Part shown: positions 1 to 9,100 of the stretch, piece by piece
Layout of the letters: every line of letters begins with the position of its first letter
Position numbering within the stretch: position 1 is the stretch's first letter
DNA from: an uncultured Clostridia bacterium
GTDB taxonomy: Bacteria; Bacillota; Clostridia; TANB77; CAG-465
DNA length: 64,000 bases
Reading direction: 5' to 3'
Assembly (NCBI GenBank): GCA_947627255.1
Contig: CANQVI010000002.1
Location: 47 to 64,046, forward strand
Program-made: the position numbers and the translations under genes
The notes under the pieces: generated by a model
What the model saw: the letters and a program-made list of their open reading frames with translations, nothing else
The model's database searches: none
What the model was told of the DNA's origin: nothing

Positions 1-1085
1 CAACACTTGGAAATGTAGTATTAGATGGTGACGAACTAGATGTAGAAGGAAAAGATGAAAAAATAGCTCAAATATTAGATGAAATTAAAAATATGACAGA
101 TGAAGAAATAAGAACATATTTAGCATCACAGGACGTAGAATATGTAGCAGGTGCAGAATATAGTGTATATAAAGATTATGAATGCACAAGACCATTATAT
201 AAGAAAAATCAAGTAACTGGTGAAATGGAAAAAGTAAAACTTGTAACAGATGACTCTGGAATGGTGAAATTAGAAGATTTACCAGTAGGTAAATACTATC
301 TAAAAGAAACTTATGCACCGGCAAAATATCAAATGTCTGAAGAAGTAATAGAGATAGAGCTAACAAGAGAGCAAAGAGATTCAACAGTATATAATGCATT
401 AGTAGATGATAGTGTACATGGTGAAGTAATTACAAAAACAGACATATTTACAGGAGATGTAGTACCAGATTGTACATTTGAAATAACAGATAAAAATGGT
501 GAAGTATTATTACATTCAGTAACAGATGAAAATGGTATTGGATATATACCAGTAGATATGTTTACAGATGGTGAAAAATATTACTTCCAAGAAATTGAGG
601 CACCAGAAATATATGACTTAAATCCAGATAAACACGAATTTACAGCTAAATTTAACGAAGAAGGAAAATGGGCAACTGAAAAATTAGAAGTAACAAATAC
701 AAGAAAAGATTCAACAGTAACATTTGAAAAATTAGATGTTGCAGATTCAACAAGAATACCAAATTGTAAATTTGAATTAAGAAGTCTAGAGACAGATTTC
801 GTAGTAGAAGGTGTAACAGATAAAGATGGAATATATGTATTTGAAGATATACCATATGGTAGATATACTTATACAGAGTTAGAAGCACCAGATGAATATA
901 TCTTAGATACAGAGCCACATGAGTTAGTAGTAGACGCAGAAGAAGTAAAAGTAAAAATTACTAACGAAAAGGCACCAGAATTACCAGATACAGCAGACAT
1001 ACAAGTTGTAACACTAGTTGGTGTTTTAATAGTAAGTGTACTTGGAATAGTATACATATTAAAAAAGAATGCAAAGCTAAATTAA
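1..1085 (+). CDS. C-terminal part of a Cna-B/SpaA-type repeat, sortase-anchored surface protein (5' end outside the window)
   Basis: Frame 3 is open from nt 3 with no stop, so the listed ATG at 93 is probably internal. Repeated stalk-domain motifs are present: VGKYYLKETYAPAKY, GEKYYFQEIEAPEIY, YGRYTYTELEAPDEY. The C-terminus is LPDTA (981-995), then a hydrophobic helix, then KKNAKLN, which is a sorting signal. Confidence 0.8.
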   Translation, partial: TLGNVVLDGDELDVEGKDEKIAQILDEIKNMTDEEIRTYLASQDVEYVAGAEYSVYKDYECTRPLYKKNQVTGEMEKVKLVTDDSGMVKLEDLPVGKYYLKETYAPAKYQMSEEVIEIELTREQRDSTVYNALVDDSVHGEVITKTDIFTGDVVPDCTFEITDKNGEVLLHSVTDENGIGYIPVDMFTDGEKYYFQEIEAPEIYDLNPDKHEFTAKFNEEGKWATEKLEVTNTRKDSTVTFEKLDVADSTRIPNCKFELRSLETDFVVEGVTDKDGIYVFEDIPYGRYTYTELEAPDEYILDTEPHELVVDAEEVKVKITNEKAPELPDTADIQVVTLVGVLIVSVLGIVYILKKNAKLN

Positions 1086-1108
1086 TTTATTTTTTCTAAT
1101 ATACGGTA

Positions 1109-1139
1109 AATAACAGAGAGAAATCTCTGTTATTTTTTG
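1109..1139 (+). terminator. Rho-independent terminator after the surface protein gene
   Basis: Hairpin AATAACAGAGA-gaaa-TCTCTGTTATT followed by a T-run. Confidence 0.75.
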
Positions 1140-1186
1140 TGTGAAAAAATTTTCACATTTTTTTTGAAAATAATATGAAAAAATAG

Positions 1187-1215
1187 TTGACAACTTAAAT
1201 TCTTAGGTGTATTAT
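1187..1215 (+). promoter_or_regulatory. Sigma-A type promoter of the hrcA operon
   Basis: TTGACA (1187-1192), 17-nt spacer, TATTAT (1210-1215), immediately upstream of CIRCE. Confidence 0.7.
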
Positions 1216-1225
1216 ATAGATGCAT

Positions 1226-1252
1226 TTAGCACTTGAAACTTTTGAGTGCTAA
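1226..1252 (+). promoter_or_regulatory. CIRCE operator (HrcA binding site)
   Basis: TTAGCACTT-N9-GAGTGCTAA, against the consensus TTAGCACTC-N9-GAGTGCTAA. It lies between the promoter and hrcA. Confidence 0.95.
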
Positions 1253-1265
1253 AAATGGTGATAGT

Positions 1266-2324
1266 ATGAATTTAGATGAAAGAAAAAAAAGAATTCTTTC
1301 TTCTGTAGTAGAGGACTATATAGAGTCTGCTGAACCTGTAGGTTCAAAGACACTTGTTGAAAAAAATCATTTAGATTATAGCAGTGCTACAATAAGAAGT
1401 GAAATGAAGCTACTTGAAGAAGAAGGATATTTAGAGCAACCGCATATATCAGCTGGAAGAGTACCATCAACCAAAGGCTATAGATACTATGTAGATAACT
1501 TAATGAAAGAAAGCAAACTATCTATGCTAGATATAGATTATATAAATAATACTATTAATGGTTTTGGTGATACTGATGCTATATTTGAACAAATTGCAAA
1601 TGTAGTTTCAAAAATTCTTTCTACGCCAACAGTTATAACAAGAAATAATACAGATACTATTGAAAATATAAAGGTTGTAAAAATTTCAGAAAAGCTACTT
1701 TTAATTGTTCTTATGTCTAAAAATGGTACTGTAAAAGATTGCATTGCGAAACTTACAGATACGGTTGAAGATAATGTAATAGAACAGATGACAAGTATAT
1801 TAAATGAAAATTTATCTGGAACACCTTTAAAAGAATTACATTTAGCATTAAATAAAGTAATTCAAAAAGATTTACAACTATTTTCTGGCATTATGAATGA
1901 TGTAATAAATAGTATCAAATACGAAATGTCAAAAGATTTAAAAAAACTAAATAGTGGTGTGGAAAAAATATTAGAAAATCCTGAATTTACTGATATTGAA
2001 AAGGTTAAAAATTTTATAAATATGATTTCAACAAAAGAGATAATCGATTCTGCTTTACAAAAGACGGAAAACGATAAATTAAGTATAGTAATTGGATCAG
2101 AAAATAAAGAAGTTTTATTAAATGATTATACTGTTATCTCTTTAGACCTTAAACAGGATGACAAATATTTAGGAAAATTGTCGGTAATAGGTCCAAAACG
2201 AATGGATTATTCAAAGACAATATCAACATTAAAATATATAAAAGAAAAGTTTAGTACATCATTAATTATTAATAAAAATAATGATAAAGTAAAGGGGGAT
2301 AATAGTGAAGAAGGAAGAAAATAA
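1266..2324 (+). CDS. hrcA: Heat-inducible transcription repressor HrcA
   Basis: MNLDERKKRILSSVVEDYIESAEPVGSKTL is a typical HrcA N-terminus, and the gene is first in the grpE-dnaK-dnaJ operon. The TTG at 1233 in the ORF track lies inside CIRCE, so the ATG at 1266 is preferred. Confidence 0.93.
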   Translation: MNLDERKKRILSSVVEDYIESAEPVGSKTLVEKNHLDYSSATIRSEMKLLEEEGYLEQPHISAGRVPSTKGYRYYVDNLMKESKLSMLDIDYINNTINGFGDTDAIFEQIANVVSKILSTPTVITRNNTDTIENIKVVKISEKLLLIVLMSKNGTVKDCIAKLTDTVEDNVIEQMTSILNENLSGTPLKELHLALNKVIQKDLQLFSGIMNDVINSIKYEMSKDLKKLNSGVEKILENPEFTDIEKVKNFINMISTKEIIDSALQKTENDKLSIVIGSENKEVLLNDYTVISLDLKQDDKYLGKLSVIGPKRMDYSKTISTLKYIKEKFSTSLIINKNNDKVKGDNSEEGRK

Positions 2325-2856
2325 TGTTGAACAGCAAAATGAAGAAAATGTAAATGATACTGTTCAAGAAGAAGTTAAAGATGAAAAAAAGCCAAGTGAT
2401 ATAGTTGAAGAACTAAAGGCTAAATTAAAAGCTGAAAAAGAAAAATCTGATGAATATTATGATCATTTAAAACGTAATATGGCAGAGTTTGATAATTTTA
2501 AAAAACGTATATCTAAAGAAAAAGATATGATGTATAATTCAATTTCAGCTAATATAGTTTCTGAATTATTGCCAATAATTGATAATTTTGAAAAAGCATT
2601 AAATGCAGAAACTTCAGATGAATCATATAAAAATGGTATGGTTATGATATATAATCAATTAATTGAATCTCTACAAAAAATAGGAGTAGAAGAAATTAAT
2701 GCACTAAATACAACTTTTGATCCAAATTTTCATGAAGCAGTTATGCATGTAGAAGATGAAAATTTTGGAGAAAAAGAAGTAATAGAAGTATTTAGAAAAG
2801 GTTATAAAATAGGCGACAAAATAGTTCGTCATGCTATGGTTAAAGTAGCAAATTAA
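2305..2856 (+). CDS. grpE: Nucleotide exchange factor GrpE
   Basis: GTG start 5 nt after the AAGGGGGA RBS. Acidic N-terminus, then RNMAEFDNFKKR and FDPNFHEAV motifs. Overlaps the hrcA end by 20 nt. Confidence 0.93.
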   Translation: MKKEENNVEQQNEENVNDTVQEEVKDEKKPSDIVEELKAKLKAEKEKSDEYYDHLKRNMAEFDNFKKRISKEKDMMYNSISANIVSELLPIIDNFEKALNAETSDESYKNGMVMIYNQLIESLQKIGVEEINALNTTFDPNFHEAVMHVEDENFGEKEVIEVFRKGYKIGDKIVRHAMVKVAN

Positions 2857-2940
2857 TTTTGGTAGTTACTTACTCTAGTATTTAATTGCTAGTTTAAGTA
2901 TATAATATAAGTAACTTTGTATTTTAGGAGGTAATTTAAT

Positions 2941-4782
2941 ATGTCAAAAGTTATAGGTATAGACTTAGGTACTACAAATTCATGTGTTGCCGTTATTGAA
3001 AACGGTGAACCAACAGTAATTCCAAATGCAGAAGGAGCAAGAACAACTCCATCAATAGTTGCATTTGCAAAAAATGGTGAAAGACTAGTAGGTCAAGTAG
3101 CAAAAAGACAGGCGGTTACTAACCACGATAGAACAGTTATTTCTATTAAAAGAGATATGGGTTCAGATAAAAAAATAAAGATTGATAATAAGGAATATAC
3201 ACCACAAGAAATATCTGCCATGATATTACAAAAATTAAAAAGTGATGCTGAAAATTACTTAGGAGAAAAAGTAACACAAGCTGTTATAACAGTTCCAGCA
3301 TACTTTACAGACTCTCAAAGACAAGCAACAAAAGATGCTGGTAGAATAGCAGGACTTGAAGTATTAAGAATTGTTAACGAACCAACAGCTGCTTCACTTG
3401 CTCATGGTTTTGATAAAGATGCAGAACAAAAAATAATGGTATATGACCTTGGTGGTGGTACATTTGATGTATCAATACTAGATATTGCTGATGGTGTTTT
3501 TGAAGTTATGGCTACAGCTGGTAACAACAGACTTGGTGGTGATGACTTCGACCAAAGAATAATAGATTATTTAGTAAGTGAATTCAAAAAAGAAAATGGC
3601 ATAGATTTATCAACAGATAGTATGGCAATGCAAAGATTAAAAGAAGCTGCTGAAAAAGCTAAAATTGAGCTTTCTGGTGTTATGCAAGCACAAATTAACT
3701 TACCATTTATAACTGCAGATTCAACAGGACCAAAACATATGGATGTTACTCTTACAAGATCTAAATTTGAAGAATTAATTGCAGATTTAGTTGAGTCAAC
3801 TGTTGGACCAGTAAATCAAGCATTAAAAGATTCAGGACTTACTTTTGATAAATTAGATAAAATATTATTAGTAGGTGGTTCTACACGTGTACCTTTAGTA
3901 CAAGATACAGTTAAAAAGATTACTGGAAAAGAACCATATAAAGGAATTAACCCTGATGAATGTGTTGCCATCGGTGCTGCAATTCAAGGTGGTGTTTTAA
4001 CTGGAGAAGTTAAAGATCTTGTATTACTAGATGTTACTCCATTATCACTAGGAATTGAAACTTATGGTGGTGTATTTACAAAATTAATTGAAAGAAATAC
4101 AACAATACCAACTAAAAAATCTCAAATATTCAGTACAGCTGCAGATGGTCAAACTTCTGTTGAAGTACATGTTCTACAAGGTGAAAGAGAAATGGCTTCA
4201 TACAACAAGACATTAGGAAGATTTAGTTTAACTGGAATTCCTGCTGCACCTCGTGGAGTACCACAAATTGAAGTTACATTTGATATTGATGCAAATGGTA
4301 TAGTTCACGTATCTGCAAAAGATATGGCAACTAACAATGAACAAAAAATAGCTATAACAGCTAGTACAAACTTAACAGAAGATGAAATTCAAAATGCTGT
4401 TAAAGAAGCTGAAGCACATGCTGCAGAAGATAAGAAGAAGAAAGAAGAAGTTGAAATTAGAAATAATGCAGATTCTTTAGTATATAATACAGAAAAAACA
4501 TTAAAAGAATTAGAAGGTAAAGTATCTGAAGAAGAAAAATCTAAAGTAGAATCTGAACTTGAAAACTTAAAGAAAACTCTTGAAGGAACAGATACAGAAG
4601 CTATTAAGAGTGCAACAGATAAACTTACTCAAGTATTCTATGATTTAACTTCAAAATTATATTCACAAGCTCAACAACAAAATCCAGGAGCAACAGGAGA
4701 TAATACTGAAAATACAAATAATGCACAAGATAATGTTGTTCATGATGCAGATTATAAAGTAGAAGACGATAATAATAAATAG
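2941..4782 (+). CDS. dnaK: Molecular chaperone DnaK (Hsp70)
   Basis: [34 protein letters not shown] and other Hsp70 signatures. AGGAGG RBS. Confidence 0.99.
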   Translation: MSKVIGIDLGTTNSCVAVIENGEPTVIPNAEGARTTPSIVAFAKNGERLVGQVAKRQAVTNHDRTVISIKRDMGSDKKIKIDNKEYTPQEISAMILQKLKSDAENYLGEKVTQAVITVPAYFTDSQRQATKDAGRIAGLEVLRIVNEPTAASLAHGFDKDAEQKIMVYDLGGGTFDVSILDIADGVFEVMATAGNNRLGGDDFDQRIIDYLVSEFKKENGIDLSTDSMAMQRLKEAAEKAKIELSGVMQAQINLPFITADSTGPKHMDVTLTRSKFEELIADLVESTVGPVNQALKDSGLTFDKLDKILLVGGSTRVPLVQDTVKKITGKEPYKGINPDECVAIGAAIQGGVLTGEVKDLVLLDVTPLSLGIETYGGVFTKLIERNTTIPTKKSQIFSTAADGQTSVEVHVLQGEREMASYNKTLGRFSLTGIPAAPRGVPQIEVTFDIDANGIVHVSAKDMATNNEQKIAITASTNLTEDEIQNAVKEAEAHAAEDKKKKEEVEIRNNADSLVYNTEKTLKELEGKVSEEEKSKVESELENLKKTLEGTDTEAIKSATDKLTQVFYDLTSKLYSQAQQQNPGATGDNTENTNNAQDNVVHDADYKVEDDNNK

Positions 4783-4808
4783 TTAAGTGATGAATATATA
4801 AAGTATAT

Positions 4809-4836
4809 GGGTGGTTGTTCTACCACCCTATATTTT
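4809..4836 (+). terminator. Stem-loop between dnaK and dnaJ (partial terminator/attenuator)
   Basis: GGGTGGT-tgttct-ACCACCC followed by TATATTTT. Confidence 0.5.
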
Positions 4837-4856
4837 AGATATAGGAGGAATATTTA

Positions 4857-6002
4857 GTGGCAGAATCAAAAGATTATTATAGCATTTTAGGTGTTTCTAA
4901 AGATGCAACTGCTGATGATTTAAAAAAAGCCTATAGAAAACTTGCTAAGCAATATCATCCAGATGCTCAGCATACAGAAGAAGATAAGAAAAATGCTGAG
5001 GCAAAATTTAAAGAAATTAATGAAGCATATTCTGTACTTTCAGATGAAAATAAAAGGGCACAATATGACAGATTTGGTTCTAATTTTGAACAAGCTGGAT
5101 TTGGTGGAGGATATGGCTCATATGGTGGAGCATATGACTTTAGTGGATTTGGCGGAATGGATATTGACTTAGAAGATATCTTAGGAAGTGTTTTTGGTGG
5201 AGGATTTTCATCTTCTAAGAAAACGCAAGGACCAACTAGAGGTGCAGACATTAGAACAAATGTATCTTTAAAATTTGAAGAAGCTGCGTTTGGTATTAAA
5301 AAAGAAATTAATGTTACAAGAAATGAGAAATGTGATGTTTGTAACGGAAGTGGGGCAAAACCAGGAAGCAAAATAATTACATGTGATAAATGTGGTGGTA
5401 GAGGAAAAATACAAATGACTCAAAATACAATAATGGGCTCTTTTTCTACTGTTAAAACATGTGATAAATGCGGTGGTAGCGGTAAAGTAATAGAAATACC
5501 TTGTGAAAGATGTAGTGGAAAAGGTATAGTAAGAAAATCTAGAAAAATTGAAATAAATGTACCAGCAGGAATTGATGATGGTCAAGCTATATCACTAAGA
5601 GGAGAAGGAGATGCTGGGCTAAAAGGTGGACCTAATGGTGATTTATATATAATCATGAAAGTTTTACCTCATAAATATTTTAAAAGAAACGGCTTTGATA
5701 TTTCTGCTAATGTAAGAGTACCATTTGCAAAGATGGCACTTGGCGGAGATATAAAAATACCTACTCTTGAAGGTGAAATGGAATTTAATATACCTGAAGG
5801 TACAACAACTGGTACAAAATTTAGAGTTAAAGAACAAGGAATACCAATTTTAAATGGAAAAGGTAGAGGAAACCTTGAATTTGTTGTAGATGTTGATGTT
5901 CCAAAGAAACTTACAGATAGACAAAGAGAACTTTTAACTGAATTTGCAAAAACTTTTGGTGAAGAAGTTAACTCTAAGAAAAAAAATATATTTGGTAGAT
6001 AA
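4857..6002 (+). CDS. dnaJ: Co-chaperone DnaJ
   Basis: J domain with the HPD motif (KQYHPDA), a G/F-rich linker and four CxxCxGxG zinc motifs (CDVCNGSG, CDKCGGRG, CDKCGGSG, CERCSGKG). GTG start after AGGAGG. Confidence 0.97.
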   Translation: MAESKDYYSILGVSKDATADDLKKAYRKLAKQYHPDAQHTEEDKKNAEAKFKEINEAYSVLSDENKRAQYDRFGSNFEQAGFGGGYGSYGGAYDFSGFGGMDIDLEDILGSVFGGGFSSSKKTQGPTRGADIRTNVSLKFEEAAFGIKKEINVTRNEKCDVCNGSGAKPGSKIITCDKCGGRGKIQMTQNTIMGSFSTVKTCDKCGGSGKVIEIPCERCSGKGIVRKSRKIEINVPAGIDDGQAISLRGEGDAGLKGGPNGDLYIIMKVLPHKYFKRNGFDISANVRVPFAKMALGGDIKIPTLEGEMEFNIPEGTTTGTKFRVKEQGIPILNGKGRGNLEFVVDVDVPKKLTDRQRELLTEFAKTFGEEVNSKKKNIFGR

Positions 6003-6005
6003 TGT

Positions 6006-6043
6006 AAAGAAGTGGCTATTTTTCCACTTCTTTCTTTATTTAT
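6006..6043 (+). terminator. Rho-independent terminator of the hrcA-dnaJ operon
   Basis: AAAGAAGTGG-ctattttt-CCACTTCTTT followed by a T-rich tail. Confidence 0.8.
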
Positions 6044-6044
6044 A

Positions 6045-6073
6045 TTGCAAAATTGTTGCTAATATGTTACAAT
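6045..6073 (+). promoter_or_regulatory. Candidate sigma-A promoter of the adhesin gene
   Basis: TTGCAA (6045-6050), 17 nt, TACAAT (6068-6073). AT-rich DNA produces chance matches. Confidence 0.4.
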
Positions 6074-6126
6074 TATATTGCTTAGGCTTTATTATGAGTT
6101 AAAGCAATATTTTTAGGAGCGATGTT

Positions 6127-9100
6127 ATGAAGAAGATAAAAAGATTAAAAGCAAAAATTATTAGTATTATACTATTAGTAGCACTTTTAACATTAGAATT
6201 TGGACCTTTTGCTGTTAAAGCTACAGCTCAAAGATTACAATTCTATTCACCAGGTTCAGTATCAGTAGGATACGATTCATACAATGGAAAAAATGTATTC
6301 TATGGTAATGCAACTTTAGGTGGTGCTACTGCATATTGTATAGACTATACTTGTGGATTACCAAGTGGAACAATGACATTTAGAGATTACTTATCTGATC
6401 AAGGTATGGCTATCTTAATACATGGTTATCCAAATTGTACAGCTGCATCATTAGGATGTGCAAATAATGAAGAAGCATATATGGCAACACAAATGGCTTT
6501 ATGGGAAGTACTAAATAGAACAGGTGAATCTCATAAATCAGGATTAATATTTAGAGTTGAAAATATTACACCAAAAAGTGGAATGGAAGGATTTTATAGT
6601 AGATCAGTATCTGCAGCTAAAAAGTTAGTTGCAATGGCTGAAGCAGATCCATATACTGATGTTCCAACTTTAGTTGTTAACACACAAAGTGCTGTTTTAA
6701 ATCATATTGGTGAAGATGCATTGATGGGACCATACATAGTAAGAGTTGATGGTGCATCAAAATCTACAATAAAATCAATAACAGCTGAATTAGAAGGAGC
6801 ACCAGCTAGTGCTAAAATAACAGATGCTAGTGGAAATCCTAAAACTTCTGTTGGAAATGGTGATTCTGTATATGTAAGAATAAGTGCATCAGAAGATTCT
6901 GCTAAATTTACTTTAAAATTTAAAGCAGATGTAGACAGAAAAGTTGGATGTATTTATCAAGCTACTGGTTATGTACAAGACTATGTAAGACTTGATACAG
7001 TACCAAATAATATGGAACAACCAATTACAATAGAATGGACTAAATCTTCTACAAATGGTAGAATTGAACTTACAAAAGTAGACCAAGACGATTTACCTGT
7101 TGTAGGTGCAAAATTTAGATTAGAAAGAGTTGACGGAACTGTAATAGGTGACGTTGAAACTGGTACAGATGGTAAAATAACATATTATAATGTACCAGAA
7201 GGCGAGTACAGATTAGTAGAATTATCTGCACCAGAGGGATATTCAATAAAAACAAAATCTACAAATGTAACTGTAGTTGCAAATGAAACTTCAAAAGTAA
7301 AAGTTGAAAATGAAAGAATAACAGGAAAACTTGTTATAACAAAAATAGATGATGCCAACAAACCACTAGCAAACGTAACTTTCAATATATATGATAGTGA
7401 AGGATATCTTGTTACATCTGTAAAAACAAACGATGAAGGTAAAGCTTCTGTAAATGTAGGATATGGTACATATTACTTTAAAGAAGCTGAAGCTCCAGAA
7501 GGTTATATAATGGACGATACAATGTACAAATTTACAGTTGATGCAGAAAACAGAACATTCTATAAAACTGTAACTAACATTAGATATAAAGGTACATTAT
7601 TAATAGTAAAAACAGATGACGCAAACACACCAATTGAAGGTGTAGAATTTGAAATTACAGATGAAAATGGAAATGTTGTAACAACATTAACAACTAACAA
7701 TTTAGGTAGAGCTGGTGTAGCAAATCTACCATATGGTAAATATTACTATCAAGAAACAAAAGCACCAGATAACGTTATAATGGATACACAAAAACATGAA
7801 TTTAGTATTACTGAGAACAATCAAGTAATTAGAAAAGATATTGTAAATGAAAGAATAAATGGATATCTAAAAATAATAAAAGTAGATGAAAATAGTAAAC
7901 CAATAGCAAATGTTAAATTTAATATTTTAGATTCAAATAAAAAAGTTATTGAAACTATAACTACTGATGCGCAAGGTATAGCTAAATCTGGAAAATTACC
8001 TAAAGGAACATATTACTATAAAGAAATTAGTGTTCCAAATGGTTATGTTTTAGATTCAAAAGAATATGAATTTAGCATAGATAGTAAAAACAAAGTTATA
8101 GAAAAAACAGTTGTTAATAATCTAGCTAAAGGCTCATTAAAAATAATTAAATTTAATAATGCAGGTGAAAATATTGCTAATGTTAAATTTAATGTTTTAG
8201 ATGAAAATAAAAAGGTAGTAGATACTATAATTACCAATGCACAAGGTATTGCTACATCTAAAAAATTACCTTTAGGTACATATTACTATCAAGAAGTTGA
8301 AGTTCCTGATGGATATGTTATAGATAATGAACTTCATGCATTTATTTTAACAGAAAACAATCAAGTTGTTACTAAAAATGTTGTTAATAAATATATAAAT
8401 GGAAAATTAAAAATAATAAAAGTGGATGAAAACAGTAAGCCACTTGCAGGAGTTAAATTTAATATATTAGATAAAAATAATAATGTAATCGATACAATGG
8501 TAACAGACAAAGATGGTATTGCAACATCAAAAGATCTTGAAAAAGGTACATATTATTTCCAAGAAATTGAAGCTCCAGAAGGAATAATAGTAGATAATAC
8601 AAAATATGAATTTACTATTGAATATGACGGTCAAAACGTTGTAAAGAAAATTGTTAATAATTATGCTAAAGGAAACTTAGTAATAACAAAATATGATAGT
8701 GCAGGAAGATTACTTGAAAATGTAAAATTCCAAATATTAAATGAAGCAAAACAAGTAGTAGATGAAATTGTAACAGATAAAAATGGTGTTGCTACATCTA
8801 AGAAATTAGCTTTTGGAAAATATTACTATCGTGAAGTATCTGGACCAGATAATGTTATTATAGATAAAGAATTACATGAATTCTATATAACTGAAAATGA
8901 ACAAGTTATTCATAAAACAGTTGTAAATGAATTAATTGAAGGAAAATTAAAAATAATAAAAGTAGATGAAAGCGATAGCCCTATTGCAGGAGTTAAATTT
9001 AATATATTAGATAAAAATAATAAAGTAATAGATACAATAGTAACAGATAAAGATGGTATTGCTATATCTAAAGAACTTGAAAAAGGAACATATTACTATC

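Noticed and set aside
85-399. Antisense ORFs inside real genes. Examples: 85-399(-), 652-918(-), 4967-5371(-), 5268-5585(-), 23267-23722(-), 24481-24768(-), 28826-29257(-), 46837-47154(-), 61371-61595(-).
   Set aside because: They overlap well-supported genes on the other strand and have no RBS. Their low-complexity L/F/I/S-rich translations are typical of AT-rich antisense frames.
1233-1265. ORF-track start (TTG 1233) for hrcA
   Set aside because: This TTG lies inside the CIRCE operator. The ATG at 1266 yields the canonical HrcA N-terminus (MNLDERKKRIL).
2866-2917. Inverted repeat AGTTACTTA...TAAGTAACT between grpE and dnaK
   Set aside because: The loop is large (~34 nt) and no T-tract follows. 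It is probably of little consequence, though it could be an mRNA processing or stability element.
6074-6126. Possible riboswitch (for example c-di-GMP) in the adhesin leader, as known for some clostridial adhesins
   Set aside because: The leader is only ~50 nt, with one weak 7-bp hairpin (ATTGCTT...AAGCAAT). That is too short for any known riboswitch aptamer.
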